The notes under the pieces were generated by a model that was not told where the DNA came from, ran no database searches, and was given only the letters and a program-made list of their open reading frames with translations. Below are positions 7,748 through 15,356 of a DNA stretch of 18,885 nt, piece after piece (the stretch's first letter is position 1; each line of letters begins with the position of its first letter). The DNA lies in the NCBI GenBank assembly GCA_002898395.1, contig BEHE01000025.1:1-18885 (forward strand). Direction: 5' to 3'. The DNA comes from Candidatus Calditenuaceae archaeon HR02. Lineage in GTDB: Archaea; Thermoproteota; Nitrososphaeria_A; Caldarchaeales; Calditenuaceae. Both the position numbers and the translations under genes were made by a program.

Positions 7748-7775
7748 GTTGCATTTGTATAGCAGATAGCAAAAG

Positions 7776-8261
7776 GTGAGCGACATGGCGTTCTTAGATT
7801 TCCTAACCCAGTACACGGATGTCGCAACATTAGCCCTACGGATAGCAGTCGGGGCTCTGATGATAATCCACGGCATGCCAAAGCTAGCAGGCCCAGCGAG
7901 GCCACAGATGCGCGAAGGGATGAAGCAACTCGGTATACCTGGGGGTTTATTCGACCTGGTTGCGATACTGGAGTTCTTCGGGGGGCTATTTCTCTTACTG
8001 GGTTTCTTAACTAGAATAGCCTCTATACTCTTCATCCTAGAGATGGTCGGCACAATACTCCTATACCTAACCAAGATAGGCAAGATGGTCCCGCCTCCGG
8101 AGATGCTGACCCAGATGGTTCAGGCATCTAGAAGCTTCATGCGGGGCTACATGGCAGGTGTAGGTGGATGGGAACTTGACAAATTGATACTAGCAGCCGC
8201 GATAGTGATCCTAATTCTAGGAGGGGGAGCATTCTCCATAGACGCCCTCATAGGACTATAA
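7776..8261 (+). CDS. DoxX-family membrane protein
   Basis: The motif is LALRIAVGALMIIHGMPKL.....GIPGGLFDLVAILEFFGGLFLLLGFLTRIASILFILEMV....GGWELDKLILAAAIVILILGGGAFSIDALIG, the DoxX pattern. The start may instead be ATG 7785, which is preceded by aaaGGTGAg. Confidence 0.85.
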   Translation: MSDMAFLDFLTQYTDVATLALRIAVGALMIIHGMPKLAGPARPQMREGMKQLGIPGGLFDLVAILEFFGGLFLLLGFLTRIASILFILEMVGTILLYLTKIGKMVPPPEMLTQMVQASRSFMRGYMAGVGGWELDKLILAAAIVILILGGGAFSIDALIGL

Positions 8262-8269
8262 GGAGGTGA
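8262..8269 (+). promoter_or_regulatory. Shine-Dalgarno-like GGAGGTGA
   Basis: It lies 7 nt upstream of ATG 8277, immediately after the DoxX stop, which indicates translational coupling within an operon. Confidence 0.5.
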
Positions 8270-8276
8270 TTATTCA

Positions 8277-9176
8277 ATGGCTCCAGTAATAGAGATAATA
8301 GAATACACAGACCCTTACTGCACGTGGTGCTGGGGAAGTGAGCCGATTTTGAGGAAGATTAAGGAGGTTTATGGTGAGCAGGTGGAGATATCTTATAAGA
8401 TGGGTGGGTTGGTCGGGGATATCCGTGATTTCTATGATCCGGTTAACGAGATTGGCGGTGAGCGTTGGTATGAGCAGGTTGCAGCCCACTGGGAGGATGC
8501 TTCACGTAAGCATGGCATGCCCGTGGATAGTAGTGTCTTCTACGAGATAAAGGACAGCTTCACATCAACCTATCCAGCAAACATAGCTGTTAAGGCAGCT
8601 GAGTTTCAGGACAGAGAACTGGCTAAACGTTATCTTCGGAGGCTTAGGGAGGGAGCAGCCGCTGAGAGGAAGCATATACACAGGCTGGAAGTGCAGGCAG
8701 AGCTTGCCAAAGAGGTTGGATTGGATGCCAACCAGCTGGTAGAGGATATACGAGGTGGAAGGGCTGAGGAGGCCTTCCTCAAAGACCTAACCGACTGCAG
8801 GTCCATGGAGATAACGGGCTTCCCAACATTCCTTGTAAAGAACCTAGAAACCGGCAGATCGCATCTGGTCTATGGGTATAGGCGGTACGCTTACTTCGAG
8901 GGGCTGCTGGACGAAATCTCAGGGGATTCGCTGGTGAAGAGGAGGATAGAGAGGAACGAGGATGAGGTATTGAGCTTCATAAGCCGATGGGGAAAGGTGG
9001 CCACGCAGGAGGTAGCGACCCTACTTGACATCCCAAAATATCAAGCACTCGAGATGCTAAAGTCCATCAGCGATAAAGGCCTAATCTACGGTAGGAAAGC
9101 TGGGAACGACTATTTCTGGAGTGTGAAGACAGTAATAACCTGCGATAACGAGATGGGGATATGCAGAGCGATTTAA
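8277..9176 (+). CDS. Cytoplasmic DsbA-family thioredoxin-fold protein with a C-terminal winged-helix-like domain (SpxH/YjbH-like architecture)
   Basis: There is a CTWC active-site motif at residues 15-18 with no signal peptide or TM helix. The DsbA/FrnE-like core includes PANIAVKAAEFQ and ITGFPTFLV. A C-terminal region of about 70 aa (VLSFISRWGKVATQEVATLLDIPKYQALEMLKSISDKGLIYGRKAGNDYFWS) looks like a wHTH. Confidence 0.8.
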   Translation: MAPVIEIIEYTDPYCTWCWGSEPILRKIKEVYGEQVEISYKMGGLVGDIRDFYDPVNEIGGERWYEQVAAHWEDASRKHGMPVDSSVFYEIKDSFTSTYPANIAVKAAEFQDRELAKRYLRRLREGAAAERKHIHRLEVQAELAKEVGLDANQLVEDIRGGRAEEAFLKDLTDCRSMEITGFPTFLVKNLETGRSHLVYGYRRYAYFEGLLDEISGDSLVKRRIERNEDEVLSFISRWGKVATQEVATLLDIPKYQALEMLKSISDKGLIYGRKAGNDYFWSVKTVITCDNEMGICRAI

Positions 9177-9568
9177 AAAAAGGATTACCCAACATAAAAA
9201 TAGAGATGTTAGCCATGCAAGGCTCCTGGCCTCCAGACTACACGAAAGAAAGAACAATAAAGATAACTACCAGAGGTAGGAAGACAGGCAGGCCCCACAC
9301 CGTTACTATATGGTTTGGAGTTGATGAGAATGGTAGGATGTTCGTATCGTCTCTAAGGAATAGAGACTGGGTGAAGAATATACTCGCTAACCCCGAGGTT
9401 GAGGTTACGATAAAAGGTGTAACCCGTAAAATGAGGGCTGTGAAAGTTGAATCAAAGGAGGATAAGCAGCTCATACGCAGTATATGGAGAAAGAAATACG
9501 GATTAATGGCTAGGATAATGAGGCTTCCGAGAGAGGATGGAATAAGCTTCGAGCTGAGGGATGTTTAG
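9161..9568 (+). CDS. Split beta-barrel, Ddn-like (deazaflavin-dependent nitroreductase/quinone reductase family) protein
   Basis: The motif TTRGRKTGRPHTVTIWF....GRMFVSSLRNRDWVKNILANPEVEVTIKG resembles the PF04075-type signature (TtGRkSG.pr...l....vv.S.....p.W..Nl.anP.V.v). The real start is probably ATG 9206 or 9215. Confidence 0.7.
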   Translation: MQSDLKKGLPNIKIEMLAMQGSWPPDYTKERTIKITTRGRKTGRPHTVTIWFGVDENGRMFVSSLRNRDWVKNILANPEVEVTIKGVTRKMRAVKVESKEDKQLIRSIWRKKYGLMARIMRLPREDGISFELRDV

Positions 9569-10154
9569 AAGGATGTCGGCCTTCTGGGACCTAGCCTACT
9601 TGACCGGCTCTACTCCATGGGACAGCGATGAGCCGTCTAAGGAACTAGTCGAACTGATTGAAAGCGGCGTCATAAAACCCTGTCGTGCACTGGATATAGG
9701 GTGCGGAACCGGGTCTAACGTCATTTTCCTAGCCACGAAAGGATTCGAGGCCCATGGCCTAGATATATCCAAGGTAGCTCTGCTGAAGGCTATGAGGAGG
9801 GCGGAGGCAAGAGGCGCGAAATGCTACTTCCACAATCTAGACTTCAGGGATGTGAAAAAGGTAAGTAGATTAGGAATTTTCGACCTGGCTATCGACGTAG
9901 GCTGCTACCACAGTCTACCCCATGGGGGCGATAGAATAAGTTACCTCGACTCCCTTAACGAGGTGCTTAGGAGGGGAGGGGATTATCTTATATGGTGCTT
10001 CGTGAGAGGGGCGGGCTTTAGCTGGGGGCCGCCGGGGGTTGAGGAGTATGAGGTGGAGCGGAACTTCGGGAGCAGATATGCTCTAATCGAGAAACGTAAA
10101 ATTAGGACACCTTTCAGGGACCTTCTGTTCTATCACATGCAGAGAGTGGGCTGA
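9561..10154 (+). CDS. Class I SAM-dependent methyltransferase (TPMT/TehB-like)
   Basis: It has an N-terminal W...Y....PWD motif and SAM motif I (RALDIGCGTGSNVIFLATKGFEAHGLDIS). Its start overlaps the preceding stop by 8 nt. Confidence 0.8.
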   Translation: MFRRMSAFWDLAYLTGSTPWDSDEPSKELVELIESGVIKPCRALDIGCGTGSNVIFLATKGFEAHGLDISKVALLKAMRRAEARGAKCYFHNLDFRDVKKVSRLGIFDLAIDVGCYHSLPHGGDRISYLDSLNEVLRRGGDYLIWCFVRGAGFSWGPPGVEEYEVERNFGSRYALIEKRKIRTPFRDLLFYHMQRVG

Positions 10155-10159
10155 GGCAT

Positions 10160-10831
10160 ATGCGTATATTGGTGGAGTTCTTTCACGATGTGTTATGCGC
10201 GTGGTGCTACTGCCTATCCCCACGCGTGAGAAAGTTAGCTACGAGCTTCCCAGAGGTTGAGGTGGTTCATAGGTGCTTCGCGTTAGCCCCAGAGCCAGAC
10301 AGCATATCAAGGATATTCGGAAGCAAGGAGAGGGGGAAGGCTGAGATAATGCGGCACTGGAGAGCGGCTAACCTGAATGACGACGAGCATAGGATAAACG
10401 CGGACCTGATGGAGAAGAGGGAGTTTGACTACCCATACTCCATGCCTGGGCTTAGGGCATGTAAGGCGGCGGAGTTGCAAAGAGGCCAGCTTGGGCACTG
10501 GGATATGTTCGACAGGATACAGAGGGCACATCTAACCGAGTGTAGGAACATAGCTGATACCAACGTACTTACAGAGTGCGCCCGCGATATTGGGCTGGAC
10601 GTTAACAAGTTCCTCATCGATTTTAACAGTAGGAGGGTAGAGGATATGATTAGGGGGGACCTTAGAGAGGCCGAGAAGCTGGGTATACACGCTGTACCAA
10701 CACTAGTCATAAACAGAAAATACATCGTACAAGGTGCAATCCATATGAGTGAGCTAGAGCTTTTGTTTGAGCAGTTGGTTGAAACTGGTGAGGTACTCAC
10801 CTTGATCCCGGGATTAGTATATGCTCTTTGA
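10160..10831 (+). CDS. DsbA-family (FrnE-like) thiol-disulfide oxidoreductase/isomerase, cytoplasmic
   Basis: It has a CAWC motif at residues 13-16, no signal peptide, and a conserved cis-Pro region (GIHAVPTLVIN). Confidence 0.8.
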   Translation: MRILVEFFHDVLCAWCYCLSPRVRKLATSFPEVEVVHRCFALAPEPDSISRIFGSKERGKAEIMRHWRAANLNDDEHRINADLMEKREFDYPYSMPGLRACKAAELQRGQLGHWDMFDRIQRAHLTECRNIADTNVLTECARDIGLDVNKFLIDFNSRRVEDMIRGDLREAEKLGIHAVPTLVINRKYIVQGAIHMSELELLFEQLVETGEVLTLIPGLVYAL

Positions 10832-10842
10832 GGTGATGCAAG

Positions 10843-11634
10843 GTGGCGCACTATCTGGTTAAAGCCAAAATGGTTGGTGGTAAGATAAATGAACTGCGTA
10901 AGAAGATCAGTAGTGGGTATATATCTTCGTTAAAGCCCTTCGGAAGAGCTTTAGAGTACAGCCTAGTTAACGCTGGGTATTCGTTTGACGGTTATGTTAT
11001 GTGGGAGGAGGAAGACTACTGCTCCCCGCCCCTTGCCACGGAACGCCAAGCCGTATTGGACCATTATTTCATAGATTTATCAGCTGAGAGGGTTAGGGAA
11101 GGTATGGGCTGGAGGATGATAATGCATTACCCAAACTTCTGGCTCTTGTATGAGGGGCTGCCGAGAAGGGAGGGTGAGAGGCCCCTGACTAGGAGGGAGA
11201 TGCCCCATCAGCAGATAAGCCAGAACCCATCAGCGGAGGTGTATAACAAGCTGGCCGATCTGCTCTTCAGCATACCCGAAGTCCAGGAGGAGGCTAGCCT
11301 TATCTCCGTTCCAGGCGCTAGGGCTTTGTGGCTATCATCTGAGAAGGTTAATCCCTCGCCTGACTCGTTTATGGTTGAGAGGGAGTTTGCCCACCTCCAC
11401 CCGCCGTATGATGGTAGCATGCATCTAATGGCTCCTCCCAACTGGGTGGACGAGATACTTGGGAAGGGATGGGGAGAAAGGCACCCGCTAGCAGGCCATG
11501 CAATCCCCCGCAACGCAGTAATGGTATATGCTCCGCGCAACGAGCATGAGGTGAAAATAGTCCATAACATTGTTCTCTTATCGTATTGGAGGGCTAAGGG
11601 CGAGCGAATACCAAGCCCTAGGAGTATAGGGTGA
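10843..11634 (+). CDS. Two-domain hypothetical protein; the C-terminal domain resembles the small EF.H.HP..DGS.H family (annotated luciferase-domain/DUF5519 as far as I recall)
   Basis: The GTG start is preceded by GAGGTGA. The C-terminal motif is REFAHLHPPYDGSMHLMAPPNWVDEILGKGWGERHPLAG....AVMVYAPRNEHEV. No family was recognised for the N-terminal ~110 aa. Confidence 0.55.
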   Translation: MAHYLVKAKMVGGKINELRKKISSGYISSLKPFGRALEYSLVNAGYSFDGYVMWEEEDYCSPPLATERQAVLDHYFIDLSAERVREGMGWRMIMHYPNFWLLYEGLPRREGERPLTRREMPHQQISQNPSAEVYNKLADLLFSIPEVQEEASLISVPGARALWLSSEKVNPSPDSFMVEREFAHLHPPYDGSMHLMAPPNWVDEILGKGWGERHPLAGHAIPRNAVMVYAPRNEHEVKIVHNIVLLSYWRAKGERIPSPRSIG

Positions 11635-11640
11635 TCCGGG

Positions 11641-12540
11641 ATGTATAGGATTGATTCTCTTGCCTGCATCGGCTGGGTTAGCCTAACTGTCTCTGATTTG
11701 GAGAGGTCTCTGGATTTCTATACAAAGTTGCTGGGCATGAGAAGGGTATGCGAAGTAAGCGATGGTGGAGTAGGACTTGGTGTTGAGGACGATGACCCAT
11801 TAGTCATTTTATATGAGCAGAGAGGGGCAAGGCCTAAGCCTCCAAACACTAGGGGTTTGTATCACTACGCCATTCTACTCCCAAGCCGCAGGGATTTAGC
11901 CAGAGTTTTCATAAGGCTGACACATAACTGGGACTTCGAGGGGTTTGCAGACCATATAGTAAGCGAGGCCCTCTATCTGAAAGATCCAGATGGGCATGGA
12001 ATTGAGCTATATGCTGATAAACCAGCTGAGAAATGGAGGTATAACAAGCTTAATGAGATAGAAATGGCAACACTGCCATTAGACATAGATGACCTACTAA
12101 AAGAGGCCCGGGGAGAAGTCAGGGATATACTAAGTAAAGACTGGGAGATGCCTAGGGGGACAAAGATAGGACACATACACCTACAAGTATCATCCCTAAA
12201 AAAGGCAGAACAGTTCTACCATATCATCTTGGGATTTGACATAACTATGAGAAGATACCCTGGTGCATTATTCATGTCCGCGGGCGGGTATCATCACCAC
12301 ATAGGCGCCAACATATGGGCCGGAGTAAACGCTCCTCCCCCACCTAGCGGGTGCGTGCAGCTTAAAAGCTTCTCTATTAAACTTAGCTCAACTGAACAGT
12401 TAAATCTTGTATCAGGCCGGTTGAGGACTCATGATTACGAGTTTAAAGACTATCCTATACACAGGATAAACAATTACGTTGGAATAGCGACGAGAGACCT
12501 AGACGGAAATGCGGTGGAGATAGTCGCAAGGACCGTTTAA
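11641..12540 (+). CDS. Two-domain VOC-superfamily extradiol ring-cleavage dioxygenase (CatE/MhqO-like, COG2514-type)
   Basis: It has duplicated glyoxalase/VOC modules (IGWVSLTVSDLERSLDFYTKLLGM and IGHIHLQVSSLKKAEQFYHIILGF) and the characteristic GGYHHHIGANIW segment. Confidence 0.8.
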   Translation: MYRIDSLACIGWVSLTVSDLERSLDFYTKLLGMRRVCEVSDGGVGLGVEDDDPLVILYEQRGARPKPPNTRGLYHYAILLPSRRDLARVFIRLTHNWDFEGFADHIVSEALYLKDPDGHGIELYADKPAEKWRYNKLNEIEMATLPLDIDDLLKEARGEVRDILSKDWEMPRGTKIGHIHLQVSSLKKAEQFYHIILGFDITMRRYPGALFMSAGGYHHHIGANIWAGVNAPPPPSGCVQLKSFSIKLSSTEQLNLVSGRLRTHDYEFKDYPIHRINNYVGIATRDLDGNAVEIVARTV

Positions 12541-12809
12541 AAGATATACTTCTACCCTCACACAGAAGCAGGTAAGACGGCTGCAATGGCAACATAAGCT
12601 AGGGCTGGAAAGTGTAAATCAATAGATGGTGTGGGGTTGCATGTTGATAAGATAGCCGCGGTCCATGCGTAGCATCTCCCCTTGTCATAGACTCTGGAAA
12701 GCTACAGGCTCTAGAGGGCTAGTAGTGAGCCTGGCTTATTATCGAGGTGGTTAAAGTGCTTAGTGATAGGGCTAGTGATAGTTGTTCCTATCCTCGTCGA
12801 AGGGTCGGG

Positions 12810-14054
12810 CTAGAAGTCTCGCCACTTGGTTGCGTGGGTTGCGAGGGCTACACCTACCATGGCCACCAATCCTACGATTGCCGCGGATACTAGCGCCTCG
12901 GATACTGAACCCATTATAAGCGTCACCCTCAGGGCCACGTGGAAGTAGTAGAGGGGTGTGAAGCGCGCTATCTGCTGCATGAAGTCGGGCATAATCTCGA
13001 GGGGCCAGAAAGCGCCTGAGAGAAACATCATGGGGTATGAGACCGTGTTTCCTAGGGCAGTCACAGCGTCGGGCGTCTTCAGAACCCCGCCGATGAAGGC
13101 TCCTAGGCCTGTGAAAGCAAGCGTGCCGAGTATGATGATTAAGACGCTGAATACGTTGGGTGTGATGGTTATGTGGAAGACCAGCCAGCCTACAGTTATC
13201 ATCGTGGCTGTCAGGATTAGGGAGACAATGGCTTGCATTATAATGAGCGAAACCATCCATAAAGATCGTGAGAGAGGGGTGGTTGAAAGCAGTTTCATCA
13301 CACCGTTTCGCCTCAGCTCAGAGGTGAAGGAAGAGACGCCGAGTAAACCGTTGGTCATTACGAATGCCGCCACAATGCCTGGCAGATAGTAGTCAACTGG
13401 GCGGAATTGCCTGGCGCCGCTGTAGACGATATTTATCTCTATGGCTGAGGATGCGTTGAGGAGCGCCAGCTCGAACCTGTCAGCAATGGTGTTGATTATG
13501 CCCTCAACCGATTGGAGTATCCTGTCGTCGGGGCTTCCTTCGAGAATGAGGGGTTTTTTCTCTGTTTCGAAGAATCGTTTAGACGCCTTCAACATGTTGA
13601 GACCTTGGCTTACGTTCGCTCTCCCCTCCGCGGATAAGTTCTCTCCCGCCAGTTCTAAGAGCTTTTCTATAGTGTCGGCTGTAATATCTATTCGAGTTGC
13701 TATGGTGTTGTTTAGTAGCGATGCGGTGAATCCTTGGGGGATCGTGAGTATCCGGATGGCGGCGAATCCCGTGGATTTCGGAGCTGGCGCTTCCGGCGTG
13801 AGTAGCTTGATGTCGAAGACTCTGCTGTTGTTGAGGGCCTGGATGAATGCTGCAGCGAGAGGGGCTGGATTGCCTTGTGGGTCAAGGTCAAGGTTCCGTA
13901 TGTAAAGGCTGTAGTTGGGCGGTGAAGGCCCTCCGAAAATAGTGCCAAAGAGAAGCAGAAACATGATGGGTAGAGCGAATCCGAAGAAGAGGCTAGATTT
14001 ATCTCTCATCCAAGCTTTGAACAACAGGAAAACGATCCTAGAAATCGTGGTCAA
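12810..14054 (-). CDS. ABC-2-type transporter permease with a large extracytoplasmic loop
   Basis: A 414-aa protein with one N-terminal TM helix, a soluble loop of about 190 aa, and then 5 TM helices. Its start overlaps the ATPase stop by 4 nt. Confidence 0.8.
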   Translation of the reverse strand: MTTISRIVFLLFKAWMRDKSSLFFGFALPIMFLLLFGTIFGGPSPPNYSLYIRNLDLDPQGNPAPLAAAFIQALNNSRVFDIKLLTPEAPAPKSTGFAAIRILTIPQGFTASLLNNTIATRIDITADTIEKLLELAGENLSAEGRANVSQGLNMLKASKRFFETEKKPLILEGSPDDRILQSVEGIINTIADRFELALLNASSAIEINIVYSGARQFRPVDYYLPGIVAAFVMTNGLLGVSSFTSELRRNGVMKLLSTTPLSRSLWMVSLIIMQAIVSLILTATMITVGWLVFHITITPNVFSVLIIILGTLAFTGLGAFIGGVLKTPDAVTALGNTVSYPMMFLSGAFWPLEIMPDFMQQIARFTPLYYFHVALRVTLIMGSVSEALVSAAIVGLVAMVGVALATHATKWRDF

Positions 14055-14980
14055 ATCAGCTCACCTGTCTCGGAGAGCCTCGATCCGATAACCGATAGAA
14101 AAACATCCTCAAGCCCGGGTTGCCTAACCTGCGGATAAGCCATGAAACCGCCGCTCCTCAGCAGAGCAACGACATCAAACACTTCTGATTCTTTCTCAAC
14201 TTTGATCACTACGAGCCCTTCCTCCGTCTGCTCCACCAAGTATCCGCCCTCGCGTAGAAGTTGGGCAGCTTCCGGCTCTAGGAAATCGAAGACGAGACGT
14301 GTTCTTCCCCCGTACTTAGCAACCAGCTCCCGCACTCTTCCCTCAACAGCTATCCTTCCTCTGACCATCACCGCTACACGGTCGCTAAGCCTCTCAGCCT
14401 CCTCCATGTAATGCGTCGTCAGAATTACGGTAGCTCCAGATTTTTGGATATTTTTGATGTAGAGCCATGTTTCACGTCTTGCTTCGGGGTCAAAACCCGT
14501 GGTGGGCTCGTCGAGGAAAACTATCTCGGGGTTTCCGACAAGGGCCATGGCTATACCGACCCTCCTCTTCAGCCCACCTGATAGTTTTGAGAACATTTGT
14601 TTCCTAATTTCCCACAGACCCAGCGAGTCGAGAACCTCCTGTATGTTATCGGCTTTCTTAGCCACCGCTGCCAGCTGTACGTTTTCGAATACGGTTAGGT
14701 TGTCTATGGCTTTAAAGTCCTGCGGCAGGACACCTATAATCTGCTTTATTTTCATGCTATCGCCGGGGTTTTTCACGCTGAGACCCTTGACGAATGCGTC
14801 GCCGGAGGTCGGAGTCCTGAGACACTCGAGAATCTCGACAGTCGTCGTTTTTCCCGCACCGTTGGGGCCCAGCAGCGAGAATACCTCACCTCGGTAAACC
14901 CTGAAAGAAACATTATCAACAGCCACGACACCGCCGTATTTCTTTACAATGCCTTCGACGACAACCACTTCGGAAACCAT
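14051..14980 (-). CDS. ABC transporter ATP-binding protein (ABC-2/DrrA-like)
   Basis: Motifs present are Walker A (GPNGAGKTT), Q-loop (VLPQ), signature (LSGGLKRR), Walker B (VFLDEPTTGFD), and H-loop (LTTHYMEE). Confidence 0.9.
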   Translation of the reverse strand: MVSEVVVVEGIVKKYGGVVAVDNVSFRVYRGEVFSLLGPNGAGKTTTVEILECLRTPTSGDAFVKGLSVKNPGDSMKIKQIIGVLPQDFKAIDNLTVFENVQLAAVAKKADNIQEVLDSLGLWEIRKQMFSKLSGGLKRRVGIAMALVGNPEIVFLDEPTTGFDPEARRETWLYIKNIQKSGATVILTTHYMEEAERLSDRVAVMVRGRIAVEGRVRELVAKYGGRTRLVFDFLEPEAAQLLREGGYLVEQTEEGLVVIKVEKESEVFDVVALLRSGGFMAYPQVRQPGLEDVFLSVIGSRLSETGELI

Positions 14981-15356
14981 AAACCCTCTCTCCTCGAACC
15001 ATTCTAAAAATCTTTACGGGGCCGGCCACTCCGCCCAGAAACTGAAGAGGTGTTTCGGGTATTAACGTTTCCAGCCGATCTAAATACGAGACCCCCACGC
15101 GACTGCAATTATCATTGAATGTATTACCCAGGCGGGATCCATACACGTTTCCGATAGCTAGACGTAGTGGTATCTAATTACCTGAATAACACACTCTAAA
15201 CTTTCCTCGTGGAAAATAGTAACATAAAACCCCCTGTAATACGCAAAATGTAATAAAAAGAATTTAGGTTTGTGGTATTGATCACCTGCTACTCTCGGTC
15301 ATCTTCATCATTGGTATACATTAAGAAGAATATAAAACTCGGAAATAAATAATCAT

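Noticed and set aside
7376-8083. ORFs 7376-7669 (+) and 7736-8083 (-), antisense to the HxlR and DoxX genes
   Set aside because: The opposite-strand genes have strong family signatures, and these ORFs have none.
10030-10039. CGCCGGGGGT 10-mer, identical to the 3' acceptor region of tRNA-Ser(CGA) on the plus strand
   Set aside because: It lies inside the methyltransferase coding sequence (WGPPGV) and is short and GC-rich, so it is most likely chance.
10307-12176. Antisense ORFs 10307-10531, 10429-10851, 11208-11669 and 11973-12176
   Set aside because: They mirror well-supported plus-strand operon genes and give Ser/Pro-rich low-complexity translations.
12761-12781. Direct repeat TAGTGATAG-GGC-TAGTGATAG in the convergent intergenic region after the permease gene
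   Set aside because: The repeat is real but short, with only two copies and no associated structure or gene. It cannot be assigned a function from sequence alone.
12772-14897. ORFs 12772-13260 (-), 12958-13389 (+), 13441-13905 (+), 13712-13948 (-), 14142-14411 (+) and 14499-14897 (+), overlapping the ABC transporter genes
   Set aside because: The ABC-2 permease and ATPase frames carry canonical motifs. The overlapping frames are Arg/Ser/Pro-rich, as expected for off-frame translation.
15305-15311. Minus-strand ATGATGA in the intergenic region, as a possible C/D box sRNA
   Set aside because: The candidate C' (GTGATCA) is followed by TAAA rather than a CTGA D box, and there is no terminal stem.
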